DNA of 64,000 nucleotides from Cystobasidiomycetes sp. EMM_F5 (taxonomy: Eukaryota), in assembly GCA_051047955.1 (NCBI GenBank), contig JBPGPT010000003.1:310001-374000 (forward strand). The letters are read 5' to 3'. The notes under the pieces were generated by a model. It saw only the letters and a list, made by a program, of their open reading frames with translations, searched no databases and was not told where the DNA came from. Below are positions 26,949 to 38,491 of this stretch, one piece after another. Both the position numbers and the translations under genes were made by a program. The number at the start of each line of letters is the position of its first letter. Position 1 is the first letter of the stretch.

Positions 26949-28034
26949 TTATTTGCGCAGTTCGACGGTCCAGACAATTGGCTGGTCGGTCGTGATTTCA
27001 ATCGTGTCGGTAGTCACGTGATTTGAAGTAGAAATGCTGGTGAAGAATGACGTTTCGGTCAAGTCTGCGGTAGACTACATGCTCAGTAGACTGTGTGCTT
27101 AATCATCTTGACCTTGATCTACCTAGATCCCATTCCAAACCAGTTGTGCTGACGTGTGCAGTCTGAATACCTAAAGGCAGAATGCCGCAGGTTGGCCCAA
27201 GCAGCTGCTGAGGAGTCACAAGGACGTGTCTTCCCTGCCGGCACCAGTTCAGCTTGCACGATTGATAAGATTAATATTCGCTACTAACAATGTCGAGGAG
27301 GCACGTCAGGTTCTCTTCACTCACTATCCAGGCCCACTCCCGACTCCGCAAAAGCTTGAACAGGACGTGCAGCGTGTGCGCAGTCTGGTCTAGACGACCG
27401 CTCAGGCCACCGAATATAACTAGCTGATACTGGGATCAGGATTCAGCATATACATCATGCTTGTAAGACGGGGTATTGTACTGACGTACCTGCTGGTCGT
27501 GCTCCCGCTCCCGAACAGACTTTATGCATTTTCCCAAATCTGTTTCGTACTGGTCCCCATCTTGAATGACGGGAACTCCCTGTCGCACAGTCAGTCAGTC
27601 AGTAGTCTTCGGTGATTGTTCCGATCGGCTCACTTTAGTCGCGTAAAAGGACCGTACGTCTTGCCTGAGTGAATCCAAATCTCCTTTGATTAGGTCCGGG
27701 ATAAGGCTAGGTACAAGACCACAGGGTCAGCTGCATGGTCCACCCGTCCCAACACGACTCTTGCGAACTTGTTGTCCCCTTGGAAGGCGTCGTACAAGCG
27801 GTTCGCACCGCCATCAGCACAGAATCGTAAGGCGGCTAGGTATGGAACTTCGTCAGCACTGTACGCTTGATGTACTGTTGATTCCGCTGCACCATTCGTC
27901 CACACTGTGGTAAAAGTCTGCTTGTTTGTGATAGGCGTGTTGAGAATGATCAGTGCATTCGGGCGTTGGTTCAACCGGCGGCAGTCATCAGCACAGAGGA
28001 AGGAGGTTGGATCCCAGCGTTTGTGAAGAGACAT
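26949..28034 (-). CDS. THI80: Thiamine pyrophosphokinase
   Basis: Mostly missing from the ORF track. Spliced minus-strand exons give ALIILNTPI, FCADGGANRLYD, IPDLIKGDLDSLRQDVRSFY, QDGDQYETDLGKCI, FGGLSGRLDQT, GPTCGILPLG, TTGLEWDL, ISTSNHV, PIVWTVELRK*. Confidence 0.93.
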
Positions 28035-28596
28035 CCACTCCCGTCCTTGATAATCAGCTCGTTGGACGTATGCCGACCAAGAATTTCAAATTCTTCAAGT
28101 TGACTCGGAGCAGCAACATCTGGATTTGCCATTGTCGCACAGCGACGAAGAAAGCTCGTGCGATTTGATGCAGTTCATGAAGTGCTCGGGCGTGTCAATG
28201 CAGTACAAGCAGATCTGGACAAATGGTAATATTCCATGGCTGGCTTTCCAGTACCTTCAACACAGCGTTTGTCTAGCAACTATTGACTTTACTAGCTTTC
28301 GTGTCTGCAAACGCAACCACTCTGATGCGGCGAACCGCAGACTTTACGCGCGTCTTGTCGATTTGTCGCGATCCGTGCATTATCATCGCGAGTGATATTG
28401 CAATTTGGCGATTGCGCAATCGCCGGTCAATCGCCGACTCGACTTCAGTCATCGAGACTGCCCGCAAAAGCTTGCGTGTTTCCCTCGGAGCTGTTTGACA
28501 TGTCATCGCTGAACAAGATCCAGCAGTATTCGTAGCTGCTTCACTACTTGCCGGTCAACCTTACACCTTATTTCCGGGTCACACAAGACACTTCGC

Positions 28597-29748
28597 ATGC
28601 ATCACGTCGTCGAACCCGTTCTGGCAGTGGTGGCAACGGACGCATTCAATCATCACCCTGGCAGCAGCATCAGCATCAGCAGCAACTCGAGCAGCAGCGG
28701 CATCAGCAGTCTCGTTCTGTCTTCCGACGATAGCAGCAGCAGCGCTCCCTCAGAAGTCAGCTCCGCTGCCAGCTCGCCATACCTTTTTCCCGCAGACTAT
28801 GCGTCAACTAAAACAGAGAGACGGGCCGGCTCCTCGTCCTCAGGCTGCCGCGACGAGTGCCGTGAGCGCGTGAGAAGTAGCAGCAGTCCCATTGAGAATG
28901 GCGATGTCTGCGGGAAAGGCAAAGCGAGGGCTATACCCGATCTTATCAGCCCCATAGCACACCTTCACCTCAACTGTGCGACTAGTAGGCGAAGGGCTCT
29001 GCAAAGGCACGCCGCGGACATTGTTCGACGGGAAGCAAAAGCACTGTTGGATCTGGCTGCACGCTTAGAGCCGGAAGATGTTGCCAAGCACAACGATATA
29101 GACGAACTTGACGATTATCACGCGAACTCACCATCGTATGCTTTTTCTCACGCCTTGGACATGCTCAACTCAATGGATAAACATGGCAAGGTCGTTGTGG
29201 CCGGCATTGGTAAATCGGGCCTTCTTGCGCGCAAAGCAGTCGCGACCCTGAATTCGCTCGGTAAGTACTCGTACCACAAAGGTGTCAAATATTGGCTTAC
29301 GCGCAGCATCTCGTTAACAGGAACACAGGCCGTCTTTCTACATCCAGTAGAGGCTTTGCATGGGGATCTCGGTGTGGTGTCGCCCCATGGTGTGGATGTC
29401 GTAATTCTTATATCATATTCCGGTCGGACTCACGAATTGGTGACGCTGGCGAGTCTTCTAAGGCAAAGAAAAGTGCATGGCATGATCGCCATTACTGCAC
29501 CCGGATCCCCCGTTAGTTTGGCATGCGATGTCACGCTCGATGCATCCATCGAGATGCACGAGGAGGCGGACAATGCCGTTCCTGCCCCAACATCAAGCGT
29601 CATGGTTGCTCTCGCCCTACTGGACTCCCTTGCCCTAAGTCTGCTTCGCATCAGAGCTGGTTGGCACGATCAGGAGGCGGAGAGGCGACTGGCCTTTGCT
29701 CTAAATCATCCTGGAGGTAGCTTAGGCCAACAGTTGGCGACGGCATGA
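28597..29748 (+). CDS. SIS-domain sugar-phosphate isomerase, KpsF/GutQ/KdsD-like, lacking CBS domains
   Basis: GKVVVAGIGKSGLLARKAVATLNSLG|TQAVFLHPVEALHGDLG, ISYSGRTHEL, APTSS, FALNHPGGSLG. In-frame 60-nt intron 29261-29320. Confidence 0.88.
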   Translation: MHHVVEPVLAVVATDAFNHHPGSSISISSNSSSSGISSLVLSSDDSSSSAPSEVSSAASSPYLFPADYASTKTERRAGSSSSGCRDECRERVRSSSSPIENGDVCGKGKARAIPDLISPIAHLHLNCATSRRRALQRHAADIVRREAKALLDLAARLEPEDVAKHNDIDELDDYHANSPSYAFSHALDMLNSMDKHGKVVVAGIGKSGLLARKAVATLNSLGKYSYHKGVKYWLTRSISLTGTQAVFLHPVEALHGDLGVVSPHGVDVVILISYSGRTHELVTLASLLRQRKVHGMIAITAPGSPVSLACDVTLDASIEMHEEADNAVPAPTSSVMVALALLDSLALSLLRIRAGWHDQEAERRLAFALNHPGGSLGQQLATA

Positions 29749-30038
29749 GGATTGCTATGAACCCGCCGCGAGCAGGAGGGGCAAACTTCAACGCCCAGTT
29801 AAGCTGATCACGCCAAATGTACGCATGATTGGTCATTTGTCCAGTCAATTCCCAAATCGCAAGAATAAGGGACCAGATCTATCAACGTCAATGCACAGTC
29901 TCGCCGGGTATCAGCTTCACGAAGCATCTATAGTACATAGCACATATTGTATCAGCCTAAGGCATTACTTGAGATCAGAGGTCTCGTTGATATAGAACCG
30001 AACCCCAAAGAGGAATGACACGTATGCAAATGTCTCAC

Positions 30039-31635
30039 TTAAGCGCCATCTGCAACCTGAATCAAAAGGGAATCCTTATTTGAAGCGATGACGGGCTCGA
30101 CGCGGTTGTGCTTGTCCAGTTCTTTAGGTGCACCTAAGATCGTTTTGGACATGCCATTCATGATGTTTTTCCCATCCTCGTGTGCCAATTCGGCATACCA
30201 CTCGTTGGTCTGCTGGAACCCCTCGAGTGCATGCGTGATAGCTGCACGCTTACGTGCGCGTATGACCGTATCGCCGACCCTCTTACCGCGCTGCACCTGA
30301 TAATCTTCTACAACTTTTTTGAGTTGTGACGATGTCGGCTGTGGCATTGATCCTGTTGCAGTCTTGCCAAGACCCGCTTCTTTCATCAATGTTGCAATGA
30401 CGAAGGCGTCCTCCATAGCAAGGCACCTGACACAGCAAAGTTTACCATCAGCCCGGGTTCGGTGATTGAGTTTACGAGGCTCACCCTCCCTGGCCCAGAT
30501 CTGGAGCTGTTGCATGCGCAGCGTCTCCAATCAGAACAGCACGGCCCGAGGGATCAATGAGAGTGGGAAGTGTGTCGGTGTCGTGTATCTCTACTCGAGC
30601 GATCTTTGACGCGTCCATGTTATCGATTAAAAGCTGCACGCTCTCGTGCCATCCCTTGAAGTGATCCCTTAGCTCCGCTTGGACGCCCTCAGGATCCGTT
30701 GCAGTGCCCTTGGGCAGAACGCAGTCGAAAAAGATATAGAAACGCTCCTCGGACATTGGCATGATGGAGACACGCTTGCCTTCGCCACTGTAAGCACAGC
30801 AATGTTAGGTCGATAACAACAGTATGCAAAAACTTGTGCGCACACAAACTGCGTCCAGGTGGTTGCAGGCACAGTTCCCTACCAGATCAATGCTTTCAGC
30901 GACATACCGCAGCGTCATAAGCCAAATGATACTGACCTTCAGCGTCGATTGCGGTAGCGCAGCGTTGAAATTTATGTAGCCGACATACTTTCTTTCGATA
31001 GTTTGAGCGCAGATTTTGTTTCTCAAGCGCGAGTGCGTGCCGTCTGCAATTACCAAAAAATCCCCTGCCACTTCCTCTCCGTCTGTAAATTTGATGGTGA
31101 TACCGCTCTCGGTAGCTGTATAGTCTGCGACTTGCTTGTTCAATGTCACTTTCTCATGACCAGCTCCGTCATAGAGAATCTTCTGTAAATCTGTGCGGGC
31201 AATGGGACAAGCCCGCTCTTTGACCTTTGCACGGCCGGACATACTAAGTTTAAGATGCACAATTGTAAAGTGAGAAGTACATACCTTTGCATACAGCTCG
31301 TCGAGCGGGAAATCGCAAAGAGCTTCGCCAGAGTCGTGCTTCAGGTACGCCATGCGGTCCATTTTGCCAGAATACTGCATCGGGTCGAGTCCAAATGATT
31401 TGAGTGCCTTTACCCCGTTCGACCATACTGTTTGTCGTGTACAAGCACATCTCAGCTCGATTACCGGTTTCGATGCGACAGGGGCGGTTCCGTGATAAGC
31501 TTTACCTGAAATCGCTGCTCCGATGGGCCGCATCTCCCTGACTCGGTCGAAGCAGTACACCTCATGCCCGTCATTCTGAAGGGCTATAGCAGCTGACAAG
31601 CCGCCGATGCCCGCTCCGGCAATGAGAACCTTCAT
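30039..31635 (-). CDS. FAD-dependent monooxygenase, HpxO-like (FAD-dependent urate hydroxylase family)
   Basis: GAGIGGL, RPIGAAIS|VWSNGVK, ADGTHS, RKYVGYINFN, WTQF|VAEGKRVSIMP, RVEIHD, IGDAAHATAPDLGQG|CLAMED, RARKRAAITH, EWYAELAHEDG. About 5 introns. Confidence 0.85.
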
Positions 31636-32193
31636 TTATGAAGAGCGGAGATGCTTCAGTGGCGTCGATATTGATGGCTTCGTGCGATAACAGCCCAGTA
31701 TTGATTCGGCTTGTGAGGATGTCTATGGACGCAGTATGTTCCCTTGCGCACAGAGAACGAAGTCGCGGTTCCGGTTGAAGCGTAGTTGGTTTCGAGACAA
31801 ACCTGATCTGCGATAAGGGTTCTCGGCCGTGAATTTGCCAGATGAGACGAAATGAATCAATTACTACAAGCACCTGTAAAACCATACCCTAGTCACTGGC
31901 AAGAGTCTAGTACAGACTGAAGCTTCAACGAATCGCACATTGCGGTCGAAGGCAATTCTCATTATGATTTTGCTGTCCTATACGACAGCTTCGGTCACAG
32001 TATGACAGCGTACAAATGTCATCCGGCTATGTAGCGCTGCGAAAGATGCCATCAGGATGAAAGCTTGCGTAGGGTGCCCAAGTCGTCCGGCCGGAACCCT
32101 AGGGCACCAAACCTTTGACCTTCAGCCAGCATGAAGTGAACATGCGAATTTAAGCAGCATCAAGCGCGTTCCATCCATGCATGCGAGCGGGTT

Positions 32194-34058
32194 ATGTCGA
32201 CTCCAGGCTCGATAGAGTCCGTGCGTCGAGCAGGACATGAGGAGGGCCACTTGCTTGAATCCGCCAACGGTCACGACAATGCGGCATCATATGCACCACT
32301 CAATGAGTCGACGCCAGTCTGGGGATTCTACTGGTACTCCTGGGCTGTAGAGGTTTACGCTATCGTGACGCTCAGCTTATTCTTGCGTTGGTCCACGAGA
32401 ACCACAAAATCGGGACCGAGACTGACGTTTCTCTGTAGCGATAACGTTAGAGCAGTATGCCCGTGAAGCCGCTTATCTCTCTAGTGACCATACGATGCCG
32501 TGTAATGGCGAAAAGACAGTCTGCGAAGTACACCTTGCAGGAGTGTGGGTAAAGTATGCCGACTACATTGACATCGTGAAAACGTGTGCACATATACTGA
32601 GGCGTTGTTTTAATCAAACAGCACCGCTTCCTTCTCTCTGTATACATACTCCGCATCAGTCGCGCTGCAAGCAATTGTAGTCACTGCGATTTCGCGGCTC
32701 GCAAACAATACCGTCGCGCGTGCCAGGCTATTGAAGCAATTTACACTCCTCGGTTCTCTATCATGTCTGGTATTCTTGGTCATACCGGCGCAGTCTACCG
32801 CATGGCCAGCATGCGCCGTGTTGGCATTATCGGGCAATACGGCATTCGGCGCGGCTATCGTATGCTTAAATGCGTACCTGCCTTTGGTTGCAGAGTATCA
32901 CACGAGAAAGCATGGCAGCAGTCTTCAGCCATTTACAAACTCGCCTGAATCGACAGAAGCAATTTCTACGATATCTGCGAAGGGCATTGCGGCGGGTTAC
33001 GCGGCGGGAATTATCCTTCTTTCACTAATGCTCATACCTGTCACTCTCCTGAACGGTTCTTTGTGGTCGTTTAGACTAGCAATTGCTGTGAGCGGACTCT
33101 GGTGGCTATTGTTCAGCATCCGTTAGTTCACCCAATTAGACGCTGTGTTGGTCATGCTGATTCTGCTTTCAAGCCGCAATCTTGTGGCTGCCTTCCAGCA
33201 GTCCGAAACCTCAGATTATGCCATCGGCATCTCCATCACAACCTTGGGTCGAGTTATGGGAAATTCTACGGGGCTATCACCGAATACCGCAAACCTTCAA
33301 GTTTCTCGCAGCATGGTTTGTCATGTCAGATGCATTTGCCACGATCAGCTCCACAGCTATTCTTTTTGCCAAAAACTCACTGGGTATGCCTGCTTCATCT
33401 CTCATACTCGTGGGCGTCTTGTGAGTCTCCGCTGTACAGAGCAGAGATGCTCTGAAGCTGAATATAGCTCAGGACTCCACTTAGCGGGATTGCCGGCGCT
33501 CTAGGGTGGCCGAAGATGCAAAAGATCTTGCTCACGTCAAACATTACCACATTAAAACTTATTCTCGGCTTGACCACGTTGGTAAGTAGATGTCATACAG
33601 ATGTACAATTCCTGGAGGCTGAATTCCGTTTTTAGATTCCCGCTTATGGTCTCGTTGCGTTGCGTACACCCATTGAACTTTTTGCACTAGCTTGCTTATT
33701 CGGTAAGTCTTTCTTCTGCACATATGCACCACAGCCATCCCAAAGAATGAACGCTCTAGGTTTCCTGTACGGTGCCCTGCAATCATATGCCAGGGCGTGT
33801 TTTGCTCAACTCATACCGCCGGGGGAGGAAGCTCGCTTCTTTGCCTTATATTCGATCACCGACAAGTCTTCGTCGTTTCTTGGACCAGCCGTCGTAGGGC
33901 TCATTGCGGATTTTACTGGCTCCATTCGATATGGCTTTATTTTCATACTGGTCGCACTGTTATTGTCGCTACCCATATTGGCTTCTGTCAATATGCAGAG
34001 AGGCCACTTCGACGCAGTCCAATCCCTTACGACCGACCCTGATGCACCAGATGGATGA
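32194..34058 (+). CDS. ATG22: Atg22-like vacuolar amino-acid efflux MFS permease
   Basis: WGFYWYSWAVEVY, LEQYARE, GAAIVCLNAYLP, ISAKGIAAGY, FLAAWFVMSDA, YARACFAQLIPPGEEARFFALYSITDKSSSFLGP. Confidence 0.9.
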
Positions 34059-35238
34059 TGGGCTTGCAAAAGACAATACGATTGTGAACGCAAGTAGTAT
34101 GGACCAAACTACGAAGAGAGCGCAGCAAGCCTATCGCGAGATGCGTCCTCCGCTTTTCCTCGCTATTCCTCTCAATAACAATGAACCACAATTTTGGTGC
34201 TGACTGGATACCGGGCCCAAGCCCGATCGAGCCGCGACCCACAGGTCTCAGAGAGATGAAAGTGTCTTGCGGTGTATGCAAATTCCGGTGCATGCTCAGC
34301 ATCTGCGATGAAACAAGCCAAGTTGTGTTTGACAGCGATACGATTTCCGTAATTACGAGCGTCAGCATGATGTGTACGCGCGGCCACAGCTTTGTCCAGC
34401 TTCTGCCGATGGGGGAGCAAAGACCGTCATGTGCGCGAAGTTTGGCTGCAATAGACGGCGTACGGGAGTAGTAAATAATACTATCCCTTCGAATCAAGAT
34501 TAATAGCTTGTCTTGTCATATCTCATGGCTAGGTGTGGAGAAGTCTTTGCAATGTCGTGTCTTGACCGAACGGACCGGCCAAAGTCCGCTTCAAAATTAC
34601 ACAATTTCATGCATGCTTATCAATACTCCTGCTTGCCTCGTCTGCGTGTGCACGGTGCTCTCAGCTGACAGTTCCTCGGAAGAGACACGCACGTCGAGCT
34701 GACACTGTGCAGTGACGACGCATTGAAGACGACATATTCGGAAGATCTGAAGAGCTCCAATCAGCGTTGCAGGTCTGCAGCTGCAGACTATTGACACAAG
34801 GCCATCACATGCTGTGAAAGCCAAAAGCGAATCTGCATTGGCACACCCTTCTCTCATCATCGGCGTTACGCCCCTTTCCAAGCAGACCCATAAAAATAAT
34901 AATTTCGAGGAGTGCGCATACAGCACTCTTCACGCAAGTCTGGTCAGATCTGCTCAACCTCATCCGAACCAGCTTCTCTTGCAGCGCAACTCGACTTCTC
35001 GAGGACACGGTTGGGGGACAAGGGCGACGATCGAAAACAGGATTTGGACCATTTTGCACTGTCCCCTTGACCATTCTGCTGGCGTGACTGTGACAAGATT
35101 CATCTTCGGTTCGTGCCAGCGGGAGGTGACATTACCGCTGGTTGCGAACCTGACTGGCAACCGCCTTCATAGGAGCGCAGAGCTTATGGCATAGGGGACT
35201 CAACATCCGCCGAACATCCGGTGCGCGAGAATACCTGT

Positions 35239-38200
35239 ATGAGCGGCACGCCGTACACTGTGGGTTCCCATGCCGGAGGCGAGCAGACAGGCGGATGTTC
35301 GGATTTCAGCAGCCACTCTACTGCATTGGCCTCGGAGGAGCATGCCAGCATTGGTGAACACACCTTGATCTACCCTATTGTCGAATCCAGTGTGGACAAG
35401 CAGCATCCGAAACAGCCAAGGCTATATTACCCATACATTGCTGGGTCATCTGAAATCGAACACCTGGCGCAAGGGCGTCAGCAGGATGTTCGCACCATTC
35501 TCCCAAGTCCAACGCCCATTCTTGACACTACTTTCGCACCATATGAAGGGAGTGCTCTATGGCCGGAGCAACTCCACATCAAACCACTGCCTGATCGCCT
35601 TCGTATCACACCACCAGCATGGCTTCAGGAACCCTACGAACCGTTCAGATCGCATGCCGCCGGAAGTGTGCCAGAACGGCCGTTCTTATACCATTCAACC
35701 TCATATCCGCCTTTTCCTACCCATCAACGCCTCGAGGTCCTGCCGTCATCTTCGCTTACGCATGCACCACCTTCTACATATCCTCTAGGCCATTCGGCTG
35801 AAGTGACACCTGCAACCCGGGATCCAAGCTCCAGCTTCTACTATTCATATGAGCACAAGGACCATTCCATCGAGTTGCATCCACCGCCCATAATGCATAT
35901 GTACTCGAGCCTCGACACGCCTGAAGCTTCGCTACGGCAGACCCAGTCTACCTCGCACCTGCCACACTCACTCGCTAGCGTGTCGTACTTTCCATTGACA
36001 GAGGCCGTGGGAAGCTCTCTGCCCGTCGGTCAGCCGGAGCTGCTGCCGATGTCTCATCCGTATCCATCTGTGGCGCAATCTTCTTCATCAGCATTGCTGT
36101 CGCCTTACCTTCCGAGATTTTCGCTCGTTTCACCCAACCCATCGCTGCATTCTCCTGTTGTCAACGATTCACAGAACGACTCGGTTTTCGATTATTTCCA
36201 AAATTATGTACAGCTAGAAGCGCAAGAGTCGCATGCCCCTTTGATCCCCCAAACATTCCAATCTATCTCTCCGCCTCTTCAGCGTAACGAAATGTTCCAC
36301 GCGAAAGCAGGCGCTTCCGTACGCTTAAAATCTAAGTTAGCTAAAAGTGCAGAAGATGCAGACAGTGCAGCCGACCGAAGTAAGGCTACGAAACGCGAAG
36401 TGCGTAGCTACGACGGCAAGTGCGGAAACTGTGGGAAGGCTTTTGGCAATGTCTATCTACGCGGTACCGTTGGCGATTTTGATACCACATACACAGTCGC
36501 ATTTCTGTGTCTAGAATGTTCACCTCCAGATCTAGATGCGTTGCTGCAAGATACAACGAAAAGCGGACCACAGTCGTCTTCGGCTCGAGCAAAAACGAAG
36601 GCAAACATGAGCAAAAAGCGGACAAGGGAAGCCAACTCGGCCAAAAACGCGAATTGTGAGATCGTCACCGTTGACGGCGCGTTCATACATCTCAACTAAT
36701 GTTTCGAGGATGGTTAGGCGATGTATGCGGCAGAATTGTTGCCTCTGGCGGGCTGAAAGCTACTACTCCAGAGAATGAGATACGCTTCAACATGGAGATC
36801 GTGTGCTTGAGGTGCCAGAGTCGCTACGCTCGATGCTCGGATTGTGGCGGTACGAACATGTATACTGAGGACCGTTGCGGTCAAGCTGACATGCACTCGG
36901 TCATAACAGGGGGCGGCGGAGTAAGGTAAGGCAATATCTGTCTCTGTATGTTGCTGTGGAACCACTGATTCAGGGCCTGGAATGTCACGACAGGCTCGGG
37001 TAAGGCGATCGCATACACTTGGAGCCATATCTGAATACACTTGACTGAATTGCACTTGCAATAGCGTCGGTAAATGGCGATGCAAGGAACTTTTCATGCC
37101 GAAACGTAAAACATGTAGCTTGAGTCATGCTCGGCATGCAAGCGTAACTTCGATGCAGTACACGGTGATGCGCATCAGTGACATACCGTCAAGCGAACGT
37201 TAGTTACGACAAAGGTCCTCAGGATGCACGTCTTACTCGACTCTTTGCCGCAGATGCACGAATCGTAGATCTGTGTCAGGCAGTCTTCGAGTCCTCTTTA
37301 CTTGGCAGTATGGCGGTTCCGGAGGTTCGTAAGCAGGACAAACTTCTGATGGAATTGACGTTAGCAATACTAGGTTATCGAACGCAACGCCTCTGCTGTA
37401 TCCTGTTTTGCCGACGTACAGACCCTGAGTATGGCATCAGCAATATGTTCTCATAAGAAGCGGTCGTACTGACATCGATGTCTTGCATGGCAGTTACTAA
37501 CGGCTGGAAAGCTGCTCGTGAAGTTTTGGAGACTGACGCTGAGCACACCGAGGGCTACAGGCGGTAAGCACAGATCTGTGCACCAGTGGGAGGTGAACGC
37601 TGACTCTCACTGCAAAAATGGACAGCTATCTTGGCCTACGTTGGGCTGCTCCACGACCTCGAAAACTGATCGCAGTCTCGGACAAGAAAGCAGCTGGTGC
37701 CTCTGACACCACGGAAGCAGAGAACACCTCTGACCAAAGTGCCGTACTGCGCCCTGGAAAGATATTATCGGGCTACGTTAGTGGAGAATGGCACTTGACT
37801 GCCGGAACACTCTAGTAGGCTATCATCGGGAAAATTGCACACATCGGAAAAATTGACCGTTCCTGGCACCCCGCAGCATAACATGCGTTGTTCCTTTCAC
37901 GATAGGCGAGCAGTACGAAGGATCAGGCCATTTGATTACTTTGATGCAAAAGCAAGCTATGCAAGATCGCGAGCAATATATACACCAGCTTCGCACCGAG
38001 GGGAGAAGCCATGAGATCGTTAATGTGCCTCCCATCCTTCATTCTTTCACAATGATGTTCTTTACGCCGGGATCGAAGGTTTGTACCGAAGAACGAACCC
38101 ATTGCAGATTGGTGTCCACTAAATTCGCTCGTATCTAGATGCTGGCCTTCCTGGAAGCCAAGCGCCAACTTTTACCACTCGACCGGTATCTGGCTAAATA

Positions 38201-38315
38201 TCCGGACACCGATCCAAACATATTCCCGCCTCATCGCCGGGCATATTCGGATGGCGGAGCTCAGACAGTCTGGACATGCCTGGTGCGACGGCTGCCCCCT
38301 TCACCCATACGTTGA
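35239..38315 (+). CDS. Multi-CxxC (putative zinc-binding) protein of unknown function with long disordered N-terminus
   Basis: CGNC...CLEC, CDVC...CLRC...CSDCGGGGGVRLGVGKWRCKELF...TCSLSH assembled across introns, including 16-nt and 6-nt micro-exons. Confidence 0.7.
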
Positions 38316-38491
38316 TGTCGTAGTACAGCAGGAAGGGTCCTCATGCAGTACCCAGGGTCGAGCTTATAGCAGTATAGTATAGTATGTGGTGTGGAAGTAA
38401 GTGAAGAGGGGTCTCGGTCAAATTGTGCCGAAGTGAACTTGTTGTAGTCGCAAAGAGATTGCGTGCTTGTCATCGTGCTGAGAACGGCAGT

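Noticed and set aside
26949..31635. THI80, SIS isomerase and HpxO-like genes as a metabolic gene cluster
   Set aside because: No coherent shared pathway, and adjacency is expected in such a compact genome. It would need synteny or co-expression support.
34027..35194. Several overlapping 60-156 aa ORFs between ATG22 and the CxxC gene
   Set aside because: No recognisable motifs and no consistent splice model could be built. Probably UTR or promoter sequence, although a small gene cannot be excluded.
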